Shown here: one piece after another, positions 1-13,279 of the stretch
Layout of the letters: each line of letters begins with the position of its first letter
How positions within the stretch are numbered: the stretch's first letter is position 1
From: Eledone cirrhosa
Lineage: Eukaryota
NCBI GenBank assembly: GCA_964016885.1
Contig: OZ024741.1
Span: 318,742,001-318,806,000 of the forward strand
Direction: 5' to 3'
DNA length: 64,000 nt
The notes under the pieces: model-generated
The model's input: only the letters and a program-made list of their open reading frames with translations
Database searches by the model: none
Told to the model about the DNA's origin: nothing
Made by a program: the position numbers and the translations under genes

Positions 1-289
1 AAATCCACATTTCTACTCCGCTTGACTTCAAACTTACATTTGTATATTCCTTGCGGTCTAAAGATATTAACTACAGCTTTTATTTTTCAATTTTCTGTTG
101 TTAAAGGGGTGTTAGGCGCCGGTTATCCATCTCCGTCGCGCCGTTATAATATCTGTCTGCATTACGACATTATAACAAACATTGATGACGTATTATGTTC
201 GCTATTTTCCGTTCTTTGCCAGGGAACGTCTTCACGAACCAAAGTATCGTCTTGAATCGTTTGAATCGAGAACAAAAAAAAAACCGTTA

Positions 290-590
290 CTTAGTATATT
301 TCTTTATGAATGTAATATAATATAACAACGCTGTATTTATATGTTAAAGTTTATGTATCATTCATATAAATAGGTGTTCTACAACATATTCACAACATAT
401 TCACAGTTCAAACACTTATGTTTTTGTTTCTGGATCGAAAAAGTTACTTGCATATTTCTTTACAAATGTAATATAACAACGTTGCATTTATATGTGAAAG
501 TGTATGTATCGTTCATATATCAAAAGTGTATGTATCGTTCATAAAAATAGGTGTTTTACAACACACTTACAGTTCAAACACTTATGTAGA
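290..590. repeat. Local imperfect tandem duplication (~150-bp unit)
   Basis: caacg.tg.atttatatgt.aaagt.tatgtatc.ttcata...aaataggtgtt.tacaaca...acagttcaaacacttatgt occurs twice (about 325-421 and 477-587). Confidence 0.7.
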
Positions 591-714
591 ATTATTGTAT
601 GTAATCTTACCGCGTAATGTAACTCAACTTTTTCCAATATATGGTATGTTGCCTCCATGTAAGCCGTAATTACACACGTCCGATTATCGGACACTGACCA
701 CAACGGTCGCCATT

Positions 715-862
715 GTATGCATGTAGACCCTGGCCACCTTCCTTGCATGAGAAGTATAGCCTATCCACATCACCATTGATGGTAAAGTTCCCAGTAACAC
801 TGAGAAGTTTGCGAGTTCTAACATCCATCTCACTTAGTTCTTGCAATGACCAGTTCAACAGG

Positions 863-868
<6 letters not shown>
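715..868 (-). mobile_element. R4/Dong-clade non-LTR retrotransposon fragment (post-RT region), abutting (TA)n
   Basis: GLLNWSLQELSEMDVRTRKLLSVTGNFTINGDVDRLYFSCKEGGQGL aligns by eye with GILNWTIDEIRAIDVRTRKILNNTGNFHINSGIDRLYLKRKQGGRGL at 17792-18160. Confidence 0.8.
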
Positions 869-910
<42 letters not shown>

Positions 911-1384
911 AAACATGCACCAGGTTTTCCATAAAAATGTCGAGCCCACAAACAAATATTATATTACAATATTCAGTTTCTCATGTCGTTAAAGAAAGTA
1001 AAACAACCAGTTATTTAACAATTTATGTAGAATCGCCCACTGAGTGTATTTGTAATCGTGCTATTGGAAATTAATATTTTAAAGCTCAGTAAAAATTTCC
1101 GGAAAATTGTATTAAATTCTAATTCAAAATTTCTCGTATGATACACGAGAAAATACGAAAGATTTTGTTACCTAAAAGGGGCTGAGTGTATAAGAATGAA
1201 ATGAACGTTGTGTATTAATATTCAGTATTAATACCAAAGCATATAAAAACATTGCTGACTGAATATATCTCACAAGCAATGATTCGAAAACAATAGAAAA
1301 TAACTGTCGAAGCTTCTTCAATGTTTAACGAAATAAATCTACTTTCTAGTTCGATGCCTAATTGCTGTTTTTTGTTCCTATTTC

Positions 1385-1387
<3 letters not shown>

Positions 1388-1423
<36 letters not shown>

Positions 1424-1430
1424 GCATATA

Positions 1431-1498
<68 letters not shown>

Positions 1499-1554
1499 TA
1501 TATATATAAATGCATATATATATGTGTATATATCTATATATATAAATGCATATA

Positions 1555-1599
<45 letters not shown>

Positions 1600-2439
1600 G
1601 TATATATATAAATGTATATATATAGGGATATATATATATAAATGCATATATATATGAATATATATATATATAAATATGTATATATATAAATGCATATATA
1701 TATGTATATATATATATATATGTATATATATAAATGCATATATATATATGTATATATGTATATATATATATATATATACATATATATATGTATATATATA
1801 TAAATGCATATATATATTTATATATATATATATACATATGTATATATATAAATGCATATATATATGTATATATACATATATATATATGCATTTATATATA
1901 TATATGCATTTATATATATAAATGCATATATAAATATACATATGTATATATATATATAAATGTATATATATATATATATATACATATGTATATATATAAA
2001 TGTATATATATATATATGTGTATATATAAATGTATATATATATATGTATATATAAATGTATATATATATATATATGTATGTATATATAAATGTATATATG
2101 TATATATATGTATGTATATATAAATGTATATATATATATATATATGTATGTATATGTATATATATGTATATGTATATATATGTATATGTACATATATATA
2201 TATATATGTACATATATATATATATGTACATATATATATGTACATATGTATATATACATATGTATATATATATGTATATATATGTATATGTACATATATG
2301 TATATGTACATACATATATATGTACATATATATATGTACATATGTATATATATATATGTGTATATGTACATATATATATATGTACATATATATATATGTA
2401 CATATGTATATATGTATATATGTACACATATATATGTAC

Positions 2440-2487
<48 letters not shown>

Positions 2488-2645
2488 ATATATATGTATA
2501 TATATATATACATATATATATAGATATAGATATAGATATATATGCATACATATATACACAACATATATACATATATACATATATACTTACTTATACACAT
2601 ACGTATATATATATATATATAAATATGTGTGTGTGTGTGTATAAA
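1388..2645. repeat. Compound (TA)n microsatellite with TAAATGCA/TGTACA variant units
   Basis: Direct reading; source of the YIYI ORFs. Confidence 0.98.
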
Positions 2646-3241
2646 CACATGTATACATACTTATCCAAACAAGAATATACATGTATGAGTGTGTGTGTGT
2701 TTGTATGTAGCTTTTTAAACATCCATTCATAAACAAGCCATTTTGAAAATTTATATATATTTTTCCTCCTTTTCATGCCCCCCCCCCCCCCTCTCTACCC
2801 TCAACCCTCTCTCTCTCTCTCTCTCGGCTTCTCATTTCTCTGTAATAATGAAAATTTGCTTTTTATGAACATATTACAAATACCAATACAATAGTTATAT
2901 GTATTGAACAGTTGATCTAATTCTAGAAATTTTCCATTCCTTTGCTGATTGCCAAATGAAGCCCGATGGGAAATATTTTCTAGTGAATGACTATGCAAAG
3001 TTTACGACCGTTCTATTAGGTGCACAGACTTCGGCGATTGTATTTAAAATATTCATGTACAACAACAGTTAGAATTCCTAAAAGAAAATATATACATACA
3101 GAATACACATTATATATATATATATATATTATAATAAGGGCGGCCGGCCGAGGTAGAAGCTGCTAAATGTTCAGTCGCCCTCATGTCTCTGATTTTCAAC
3201 CCCATGGATTTTGTCTATTATATTTCTTTATTATATTCTGA

Positions 3242-3299
3242 ATACCTGATGATGTCACCGGATTCATACTGAACCCGGTCATTGAAATGATCATAGTAT
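3242..3299 (+). ncRNA. Type I minimal hammerhead ribozyme (PLE pLTR type)
   Basis: ATAC-CTGATGA-(tgtcaccgg...ccggtcatt)-GAAA-TGATCA-TA-GTAT, followed at once by AATAAA; palindromic stem III. Confidence 0.75.
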
Positions 3300-3533
3300 A
3301 ATAAACCTTTCAAGGAACTTACACCAGTCCAGCCTCCTCTTATTCTATAATAATTAACTCCGTACTCGCACCACCAACTACACAAACGAAGACGGGTGAG
3401 TTGCATTACGTCGAATGCTCTCCATAATATTTCATCGAGGTTGACCATACGGAATGACCAGTTCTATCCAGTTCTATCCAGTGGTGGACCAACAAACCTA
3501 AATAATATATATATATATGTGTGTGTGTGTGTG

Positions 3534-3607
<74 letters not shown>

Positions 3608-3726
3608 TGATCTCTCGGATTTTTTCGAAGCGCTGAAGGGACGGATAAAGTTATTGCAAAGAGTGGTGTGCAAATCAGCGAAGGAGCAGAGTGGGTATAA
3701 ACGAAGATATGAACCCGACAGCGACA

Positions 3727-3728
<2 letters not shown>

Positions 3729-3802
<74 letters not shown>

Positions 3803-3895
3803 TGTGTGTATATATATAGATATATATATACGTATATCTACATATCTCTATATATATATAAATATATATATATAAATATATAACGTATGTATGTG

Positions 3896-3939
<44 letters not shown>

Positions 3940-3943
3940 GGTG

Positions 3944-4001
<58 letters not shown>

Positions 4002-4209
4002 CGCATACATATACATATATATACATATACATATATATATACATATATATATATACAGATATATATATACACATAAATATATATACATATATATACATGT
4101 ACATATATATATATACATACACATATATACATATATATACATATATATATATACTATACATATATATAGAGAGAGATATGTAGACATACGTATATATATA
4201 CATACATAT

Positions 4210-4274
<65 letters not shown>

Positions 4275-4761
4275 CACAAACACACACACACATATATATA
4301 TATTCAAATCAACAGACAGCGAAAGACGCGTTCCGAATTGTCCGACAGACAACCTTTTCCCCCACCCCGAAAAAACCCCAGTTGATGGATGTGAATCCGA
4401 AATATATAGGGACTATTAAATCTCTCCCAATGTAACTCTCTCTCTCTCTTGTGTTGTTATTATTATTTTTATCCTTTTACTCTTCCCTCCATTCTACACA
4501 TCTCACACATCTTATACACACCACGCATCTCAACGTACACCCAATTACATCTCTCTCTCTCCACCACCGGACCTTGTTACCCGGAGATTTACCCATTTGC
4601 ATTGTCGAGGCTTCCAAACGACTTATAAATATTTATATATATATATATATATATATAAGGTTCGATCTGTATAGATTTCAAGGTTCAATCTGTGTATATA
4701 TATATGTATATATATACATATATAACGTATGTATGTATATATGTGTGTATATATATATGTA

Positions 4762-4801
<40 letters not shown>

Positions 4802-4823
4802 TATATGCATACATATATATACA

Positions 4824-4855
<32 letters not shown>

Positions 4856-4876
4856 AATACGCATACATATATATAC

Positions 4877-4907
<31 letters not shown>

Positions 4908-5030
4908 CCCATACATATATATACATATATATATACATATATCCATATATATACACATAAATATATATACATATATATATATACATAAATATATATACAT
5001 ATATATATATATATACATATATACATATAC

Positions 5031-5077
<47 letters not shown>

Positions 5078-5162
5078 TATATACATATATATATATACAT
5101 ATATACATATATATACATATATACATATATATATACATATATATATATATACATATATATAC

Positions 5163-5193
<31 letters not shown>

Positions 5194-5270
5194 GATATAT
5201 ATACATACATATACACGCACATATATATATATATATACAGACACACACACACACATATATATATATACAT
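3729..5270. repeat. (TA)n/(CATA)-rich microsatellite blocks with an embedded ~330-bp non-repetitive insert (about 4300-4630)
   Basis: Direct reading. Confidence 0.95.
4376..4411 (+). ncRNA. Degenerate hammerhead motif
   Basis: CCC-CAGTTGAT (2 mismatches to CTGATGAT)-GGAT gtga ATCC-GAAA-TATA-TA-GGG. Confidence 0.45.
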
Positions 5271-5308
5271 ACAAAGGACGATTTGTTATGTCTTCATTAC
5301 GTTTACTG

Positions 5309-5342
5309 AGTAGTGACGCGCGTTTCGCTACTGATCAGCTCA
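5309..5342 (-). ncRNA. Partial hammerhead (3' half)
   Basis: Minus strand GA-GCT gatcagt AGC-GAAA-CGCGCG-TC-ACTAC; the CTGAT part is replaced by the adjacent inverted-repeat element. Confidence 0.5.
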
Positions 5343-5430
5343 AGGTTCGATCTGTATAGATTTAGCCCGATTCTGGACTATTATCACAGCAAAGGTCCGA
5401 CGAACTAGATCGATACAGATCGAACCTTGA
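5340..5430. mobile_element. Small fold-back / MITE-like element with ~26-bp inverted termini
   Basis: tcaaggttcgatctgtatagatttag ... ctagatcgatacagatcgaaccttga; partial copies of the terminus at 4657-4695. Confidence 0.7.
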
Positions 5431-5472
5431 GTGCTCACTCTGGTGAACCTACGGTAACAGGACGTTACAATT

Positions 5473-5545
<73 letters not shown>

Positions 5546-5778
5546 AAAGAAGAAGTTATATGGTTTGTTGATTATTATTCAACAAAGTTATTTTTATAAC
5601 AGACTGGAAGTAATCTACAGAATTTATCTGGAGTATTATTAATATCAACAATATTAATAAATGGAAAATATCATTTATAATACCATATTTATTTTATTAT
5701 ACGTAGCGAGCTTATACTATTAAGACTATGCTAAGATATTTCAATATCTTAACACCAAATATTATATTTTATCTAATG

Positions 5779-5965
5779 TGGTGGATTGGCAGTATCGGTA
5801 GAGGGTCGAACGCCATGCTTTGACGCATAGAGTTACGGCCCTTTATGATCTGAGTTCAAGTCCCGCCGAGGTTAACTTTGCCTTTCATCCTTACGGGTTC
5901 GATAAAATAAAGTACCAGTAATGTACTGGATAATTGCTGGCCTTGTGCCAAAAGTAGAAACAATT
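5779..5965 (+). mobile_element. tRNA-derived SINE with Nin/Deu-like central domain, ~18-bp TSD
   Basis: A-box-like TGGCAGTATCGGTAG, B-box GAGTTCAAGTCC, core GCCTTTCATCCTTACGGG.TCGATAAAATAAAGTACCAG; TSD attatattttatct(a/g)atg at 5761-5778 and 5963-5980. Confidence 0.9.
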
Positions 5966-5966
5966 A

Positions 5967-6024
5967 TATTTTATCTGATGAAAGCGCACAAAACTTTGTG
6001 TCCTTGAAATACGTATAATAAAAT
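5967..6024 (+). ncRNA. Type I hammerhead ribozyme
   Basis: TATTTTAT-CTGATGA-AAGcGCACAAA ac TTTGTGTcCTT-GAAA-TACGTA-TA-ATAAAATA. Confidence 0.85.
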
Positions 6025-6780
6025 AAATATGGTATTATAAATGATATTTTCCCTTTATTAATATTGTTAATATATATACATATATATATATGTGTGTGTG
6101 TGTGTTAAGTATTTCCGTAGAAATAAGTAAATAAAAAATATATGTGTGTGTGTATATGTGTATCTATATATGTATAGGTATATATATATATTGTGTTAGT
6201 GTATGTGTCTGCGTCGGTATTTATGTTCCATAACATAGAAACGAGTTCTATATAATAAGTAACAGACTTGAAAAATATGAACATTGGAATCAATATGATC
6301 AATTAAATCAATTCAATGTCCCAGATTTTCGGCAGTCTAATAGCTGAGAGTGGTAAAAGACTTTTAAAAATCTTTATAATATCATGTTGGCGTACCAGTG
6401 ACACCAAAATGAAGTGGGGGTTGGGGAATTACCCCTTTTGCTGTGACAGTAGCAACCGCCTAAATATCGTGTTTGTTTGATCTCTTGTTCGAACAATGGA
6501 ATATCCTGCGCATAAAATTAACGTGCAGGTAACTAAGTAATCCACAGACATATGTACTATTAACGTAGTTCTCAATGAGATTCAGTATGACACAGTGTGT
6601 GACACGGATGATCCTTTGAATTATTGGTACAACTCTTACCAACCTAATGGAGTACGTTGTATTTTATGGTTGAAACACCTGAGGAAAGTTGAGCAGTACC
6701 TGAGGTTTTCTACTTTATACACGCACGCACACGCACACGCACGCGCACGCACACACACACATATATATATATATATACAT

Positions 6781-6811
<31 letters not shown>

Positions 6812-6926
6812 GCTTTGGGTTGCTTAGCTAAGACTATATTCCTAGGGGGAAATGCTTGTGAAATGTTCTTTTTAGATTACTTTGTTGGTATCTACCCCTC
6901 AGCGATTTTGTATAATTTTTATAAGG

Positions 6927-6972
<46 letters not shown>

Positions 6973-7101
6973 TATACCACAGCGGTAACAGCTTACATGT
7001 ACGTAAAAAAAGTTACTTGCTGTGGTATAGGTGAAACATCATGTAAGAAGTAAAAATTTTTTTTAAACGAACTGCAACTCCTCCATTTATTCATTTTCCT
7101 T

Positions 7102-7200
<99 letters not shown>

Positions 7201-7358
7201 TAATATAGAAAGGCTTCTACGGGTCTAGAACTGTTTCATTCGGGAGAAATCATCAGGAAGCCCATCCTGTAGAAGCCTTTCTATATTAAACATTTATACT
7301 CTGCTTTGTATTGAGTACCTTACTTACTGTGGTTACCCCCGATTGAACCCGGGGTAAA
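7201..7358. mobile_element. HHR family A short fold-back element in (TA)n
   Basis: Inverted termini taatatagaaaggcttctac / gtagaagcctttctatatta, followed by the tail atttatactctgct..gtattgagtaccttacttactgtggtta.ccccgattgaacc shared with 10365, 25828, 53175 and 61592. Confidence 0.85.
7212..7262 (-). ncRNA. Hammerhead ribozyme (family A)
   Basis: GGCTTC-CTGATGA-tTTCtcccGAAt-GAAA-CAGttctagacCCG-TA-GAAGCC. Confidence 0.75.
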
Positions 7359-8519
7359 TTTATATATATATATATATAATTAAAAAGGCTAAGGTGGGTT
7401 TATATAAGTGAAGGAAGGATATATTATGAGAACGCTCTCCATCGTGCAGAATCCCAGTCGCAAGCCGCCTCATAGTCCCAGCAAATAGAATATGAAAAAC
7501 GTTACCTCGGATGATTACGATGAAGAGACATTGAAATAGCCATTCCAACAGGTAGGATTCATTCCTGTGGGTGGGCAACTCTCACTTGATAGCAGTGAGT
7601 AGAGAAGTGGTCCCGTGACCAAGAAAGCTAGTTACTCTCCATCTCAGATAAACTAATCATCAGACCTTATTTGGCTCTTCTCTTGTATACAATTAATAAA
7701 TAGACAAAAGGAATGGCTATGTAATTAAGGGAGTTAGGGTTGTTCCGTTAACCATATCGCCTAGAACAGAGTTGGGAAACATGTGGCCTTCCATACCATT
7801 CTGTGCGGCTTCTTGAAAGAATCAAAGATTTCGAACATATTTTTTTATCTTTATTACTATGTTTTTGTCTGTCTCTTATCATTTTGATTTAAGCCATAAG
7901 ACGTATTTTTAAAAGACCAAAGAGTAAAAGATAATTCAACGAAATAATCCACACTGACAGACAGCCAGAATGGAAAGTAATTGTAGATCATTAATCATAC
8001 GGACCATTTCAGCACTTTCTACACTCATGTTTTAGTTTTAATACGATTCTAGAATGTACATTAAATTCCTGCTTGACTGGAATCACAATTACCCGAGGCT
8101 GGTTAGTGAGAACCTGCAGGGATTTAGTACACCCGTGATTATCAAAGTTTTAAGAATATATAATTATGGGTAACTTAATGCTGTCTTTCAACATGAAAAG
8201 GTTCCTCACCTCTGACCTAGAACATTCGTCGTCGGAAACGACGGAGGTCCAGCACACTATTGCAAGAGTTGCAAGCATCTTCCATAGCGACTATGTCAAG
8301 AAACTGCTGTAGTCAAACTAAACTAGAAACAGCAAGGCCTACCACCCTTTCTATATTATTGGATCTAATCCTGGTACTTGGTGCCTTTCCTTTCTGAAGG
8401 TTTCTCCCATCCGTCTCTCCAAGAGATTTTTATCCCACCCCCAATCATCACCCAGCCTCTATAGAAACTAACCAAGCGACGTCCGCTAGCTTTTGTTTTA
8501 TAGAATTAACAAGCAAGCA

Positions 8520-8650
8520 AGCGACATGATAGTTTGGTTAAGGAATTCGCTTCGCAACCACGTGGTTTCGGATTGAGTCCCCCACGGCGTAACACCTTGA
8601 GCAAGTATCTTCTGCTCTAACCTCGAGTTAACCAATGCATTGTGATTAGC
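8520..8650 (+). mobile_element. Second tRNA-derived SINE family (degenerate)
   Basis: tggttaagga.ttcgcttc.caaccac.tggtt..gg.tt.agtc; similar copies at 21050-21210(+), about 11670-11790(-), 13590-13690(-) and 60020-60140(-). Confidence 0.6.
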
Positions 8651-9119
8651 TAGTCATATAGATGTATTTTAGAGCATACATGATTCAGAACAAACACTTC
8701 GTAGACAAGAAACAATCTACCGTGATTCGTAAAGATATCGCAATAATTAAACTGCCATGGATATAATAGTGTCTGTGTGTCTGTGGGGGGGGGGGGCGTG
8801 TGTGCGTGCGTGTGTGTGCCTGTGTGTGTGCGCGCGTGCGTGAAAGAGAGATAGGGGTTATGAATGAAATTCTTGTAGTTGCTGCTGCTGTCATTGTTGT
8901 TGATGTTGCTGTTGTTATCGTTGTTGTTATTGCTGCTGTTGTTGATGATGCTGCAGTTGTGTGTTTTTTTTTTGTTTTGTTTTTTTGCTGCTATTTAAGC
9001 CCCGGGTCAAGTTGATCGAGCAGAGTATACTATCTAGAAGAGACCGGATAATGTAGTACACTGCAATTACAGTCTGACATTAAGTGAAGTGAGCCTCTGT
9101 ATCTTTACACATATCTTAC

Positions 9120-9204
9120 GTTACTGACCAATCACGAGGAAGTAGTTGAAAATGTGGGGAACGGCGGCAGTGTCGGGGAAAGATGAGAGAATTCCGCACA
9201 GAAG
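9120..9204 (-). other. Candidate spliced exon of an unidentified minus-strand gene
   Basis: Acceptor ttctactcttcttttAG; donor GTAAGA (or GTCAGT after 9129); one frame reads LLCGILSSFPDTAAVPHIFNYFLVIG. Confidence 0.35.
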
Positions 9205-9880
9205 CTAAAAGAAGAGTAGAAAATACAGCTAGGTCATTATACACAAATAAGTCTTTATATTTTAGGAAGAACAGAACGTTTATATTCAGAACAGATATGC
9301 GATTCGAAGCTAACATGGGCGGCTGTTTTTATTCTTTTCTCCTTTTTTATTTTGTTTTTCTATCTCTCCGATTAGCGTTATGTTTAGTAGTAATTCATAT
9401 ACATATATTTATTCTATATAAAAATATAGTATATGAAAGCTTATACTATATGTTTATATAGAATAAACATATGGGACCCTCACTTAATGATGTCTTAGTG
9501 CTGCTGCCAATTAATTATTACCTGCCAAATGTGCACTATAAGCAAATGAACATTTCCAGCTATATACAAATGAGCATCTCCAGCAAATGTTCATTACGCA
9601 AAATCCATATAGTCTCGAGTTTATTTCCATGTCAGTACCAGTTGAGTGAATGTCACTGAGCAGGGATTAACGAATCTTAAAACAGCGCTGTCAGGCATTC
9701 TCGACTGCTAGTAGTATATCGATGACGTGTTCACAGAGAAAGAGAGAGAGATATAACTCTCGTAACGAAACGAATTTTATTTCTTTATAGCGAGGCTCCC
9801 ACAGGTTTATAGTATCTAAACAAATAGTTTATTCTTTCATATACATCCCTATCATGCTTAACGCTGTCTTAATGCTACTG

Positions 9881-9924
<44 letters not shown>

Positions 9925-10162
9925 GAATAATCGAGTATCGAAAAATCGGCGCACGAGTTCACGATAAACAAAATTCGAGATGAGCGGCAGAGGGCTCCAT
10001 AATTCAAATAAATCAGAGCTATAACTATCGTTAAAATACCGTCACACGTAGAATATGTCTACAATCAACCAAACAACCGAAAAATTGCGATATGGAAGAT
10101 TCGGGACACTCAGATAAATTATCAATAAATCAATAAATGAAATGAATATATATATATATATA

Positions 10163-10342
10163 TAGGAAAATGTATGACCCCGACGGCAGAGCTCAAGCCG
10201 TTTCGACAGCTATATAGCCGTCGAAACGGCTTGAGCTCTGCCATCGGGGTCATACATTTTCCTATTACCCACTCTACTACCCTAAGTATTGAGTACTCTG
10301 GTGCGTTATGGTCCATCTGGTTCTTACCACAACTTCTTCGTT
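10163..10342 (+). mobile_element. HHR family B fold-back element in (TA)n
   Basis: ~100-bp palindrome containing GAAA-CGGC-ttgagctct-GCC(a)-TC (HHR stem III), then tail cctattacccactctactaccctaagtattgagtact.tggtgcgttatggtcca..tggttc.ttaccac. Confidence 0.85.
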
Positions 10343-10364
10343 ATATATATGTGTGTGTGTGTGT

Positions 10365-10546
10365 TTAACCCAGGTTCAATCGGGGTTAACCACAGTAAGT
10401 AAGGTACTCAATACATAGCAGAGTATACATTTTTAATATAGAAATGGCTTCTACAGGACTAGAATTGTTTTATTTGTGAGAAATCATCAGGAAGCCCTGA
10501 TGATTTCTCCCGAATGAAACAGTTCTAGTCCTGTAGAAGCCATTTC

Positions 10547-10552
<6 letters not shown>
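10365..10552 (-). mobile_element. HHR family A fold-back element with two back-to-back HHR cores
   Basis: ...aaatcatcaggaagccctgatgattt...; minus copy has a mutated GAAA, plus copy lacks a pairing stem I. Confidence 0.85.
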
Positions 10553-10578
<26 letters not shown>

Positions 10579-10579
<1 letters not shown>

Positions 10580-10777
10580 ACGAAGGAAGTGTGGTAAGGA
10601 ACCAAGTGGACCATAACGCACCCGAGTACTCAATACTTAGGGTAGTAGAGTGGGTAATAGGAAAATGTTCAAGACCCTGACGGCAGAGCTCAAGTCGTTT
10701 CGACGGCTATTTCTAGTCCAGAAAAAGCCGTCGAAACGGCTCGAGCTCTGCCGTCGGGGGTCTTGAACATTTGCCTA
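10579..10777 (-). mobile_element. HHR family B fold-back element
   Basis: Same tail, reverse-complemented, plus a ~120-bp palindrome centred on loop TAGTCCAG. Confidence 0.85.
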
Positions 10778-11103
10778 TATATATATGTGTGTATTTATTT
10801 AATCAATTTAAACGTCCGTACCGATAGTAAGTTATGGCAGACAAGAACAGGTATCTAAGAGGAAGAAAGAAAAAAGAAAGACACGGAAAAGGGAAACAAG
10901 AGAAGCAAAAAGAAGAAAAAATGTGAAAAAATAGGATAACTATAAAGTACGTGTGCGTGTAAGGAAAAATCATGGGGGCTAACTCAATACAATGATGATA
11001 TACTAGTTTAACACTTGATATTGAGGAAAAAGAATCTTAACGTTTCGTACGTCAATCATTCATCGAAAGATAGAATGGGAGAGAGAGAGAGGGGGGAGAG
11101 AGA

Positions 11104-11172
<69 letters not shown>

Positions 11173-11415
11173 CAGATGTTTGGAAGAGAGAAGAAATATG
11201 GAGATAGACGAGTAAGAAAGAAAACAGGAACAGGTTAGACAGAACATAAAGTACGTGTTATAGTTAGTCAGCCATCTTAAATACAAAGATACAATCATCG
11301 TATCATATTACACAGTGAAACAAATATAGCTATTCAAATTACAGAGGTAAGGATTACAGAAGTATCAATTTTTCATCGCTATTAGGAAACATTCGAAGAC
11401 AGAGTAAAAAGAAAG

Positions 11416-11500
<85 letters not shown>

Positions 11501-12299
11501 ACTATAAAATATGTGATTGCCTCTAAAGCCTTATATTGGACACGGCGTTGCGTTGAGTGAAATTGATTGAACAACACAACACAGTCACGTGTACCCTTAC
11601 GGGAGAGTCAGCGTGACCCCTGTGAGACATGGCTAGTTCTTTGAGCTACAAGTGCAGTCCATTCGACAAGCTTCCAAACGGTTTCTGTCACTCTCAAATT
11701 ATTGGTTGATTCGAGACTATGGTAAAAAAACACTTGCCCAAGATCCAACGCAGTGCAATCGAATCCGATACCTAATCGTTGCATGAATCCATAGTGTGCT
11801 CAGTCACTTGCACATTAATTTCACGAGCAGACTGTTCCGTTGATCGAATAGATGAAACATTCGTCGTTGGAACCGACGGAAGTCCAACACACACCCACGA
11901 TTAATTCTAGAGATGGATGCCTATTTGCAGTTCCTGTACACTTCATATGTTTAAATATAAGGTTATCGTTTTACGTCCGTTACTTTATATTTTGCATGGG
12001 TTCTACGAATGCCGGGACTTATTCCAGATTCATGGGTATTCAGTAACTATGAGTAATTAGAGATGCACCTCCATCGCCAGACTAACCCCCAGCTGCCGCC
12101 AATAGTATTCGTAAATTTCAGCTCAGTGAACTGAAATTATGAAAATGAAATGCTTGGCTCAAAGAAACTACGCGCCAACCAGTCCGTGAATCGAACCCAT
12201 GACCTTACGATAGTGTGCCCAACGCTCTAACCACTAGGTCACATGCCTTCCTTCATATATTTTATGATTGCACATATTTTTTTCTTTTGTTTCTTCCAG

Positions 12300-12367
12300 G
12301 GTGTAAAGCTGGAGTCTTCCATATTTCAGTCTGTAGATGCCATTACTGATAAACTCAGCATAAAATG
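12300..12367 (+). other. Possible small exon
   Basis: Strong acceptor tttttcttttgtttcttcCAG; reads VKLESSIFQSVDAITDKLSIKW; donor weak (GTCACT). Confidence 0.25.
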
Positions 12368-12377
12368 GGTCACTATA

Positions 12378-13235
12378 TTTGTTATTGTTGTTGTTGTTCT
12401 TGTAGTTACTGTTATCGTTGTTCTTCTTGTTTTTATTGTTGTTGTTGCTCTTGTTGCAACTGTTATCGTTGCTGTTGTTATCGATGCTGTTGTCGTTGTC
12501 GTTGTCGTCACAGTTATCGTTGTTGTCGCTTTTGTTGTTACTGTTATTGTTCTTCTTATTGTTGCTGTTGTTACTGTTGTCGTTGTTGTTGGTGGTTGTG
12601 GTGGTGTTGTTACTGTTGTCGTCGTTGGTGGTGGTGGTGGTGGTGTTGTTGTTGTTGTTACTCTTATCGTTGCTGTTGTTGTTACTGTTATCGTTGCTGT
12701 TGTTGTGTTACTGTTGTCGTTCTTGTGACTGTTGTTGTTAGCCTTGTTGTTGTTGTTACTGCTATTGTTGTTATGGTTATTATCGTTGTTGCTATTGCTG
12801 TAGTTGTTGTTACTGTTGTTGTTGTTTCACCTATTGTCAACAAACATGTCCAGAACTGTTACCATGACACTCTCCCCCTCTTACTCTGTGTGTCAACCTG
12901 ACCTATTCCATCTGGGCGTCGAAAAGCTGCTGCTGTTGCTGCTGTTGATATCGTTGCTGTTGCTGTTTTTGTTGTCGCGTTACAGCTGTTGCTGCTATTG
13001 TTGCTGTTGTGTTATTGATGTTGTTGCTGCTGCAGTTGTTGATGTTTCTGTTGTTGTTGTTGTTGTTGTTGTTGTTGCTGTTGTTGTTATGTTACTGCTG
13101 TTACTGCTGCTACTCCTGTTGCTACTGTTGCTGCTGTTGCTGCTGCTGCTGTTGCTGTTGCTGTTGCCGCTGCACCAGTTGTTGCTGCTGATGTTGTTGT
13201 TGCTGTTTCTGCTGCTGCTTTTGCTGCTGCAACAG
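12378..13235. repeat. Degenerate (GTT/GCT)n trinucleotide low-complexity tract
   Basis: Direct reading; gives the poly-V/L/C ORFs. Confidence 0.95.
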
Positions 13236-13279
13236 TTTTCTAATAAGTTCCAGAAAGAATGTATTTAATATTCCCTCGA

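Larger units (their letters stand above)
5555..6070. mobile_element. PLE-derived fold-back element (HHR family D) interrupted by a SINE
   Basis: 5645-5705 is the reverse complement of 6010-6070; HHR at 5967-6024; related to 47300-47505. Confidence 0.75.

Noticed and set aside
1321-5313. Long ORFs rich in YI/HT/CV/MYVC (here and throughout the window)
   Set aside because: Translations of stop-free microsatellites, not genes
5779-5865. tRNA gene
   Set aside because: A/B boxes belong to a multicopy SINE head; no cloverleaf
7540-7670. Minus-strand CTGATGA followed by a hairpin (possible HHR)
   Set aside because: No GAAA adjoining stem II and no convincing stem I/III
12243-13268. Poly-Val/Leu/Cys membrane-like ORFs
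   Set aside because: Degenerate trinucleotide tract open in several frames
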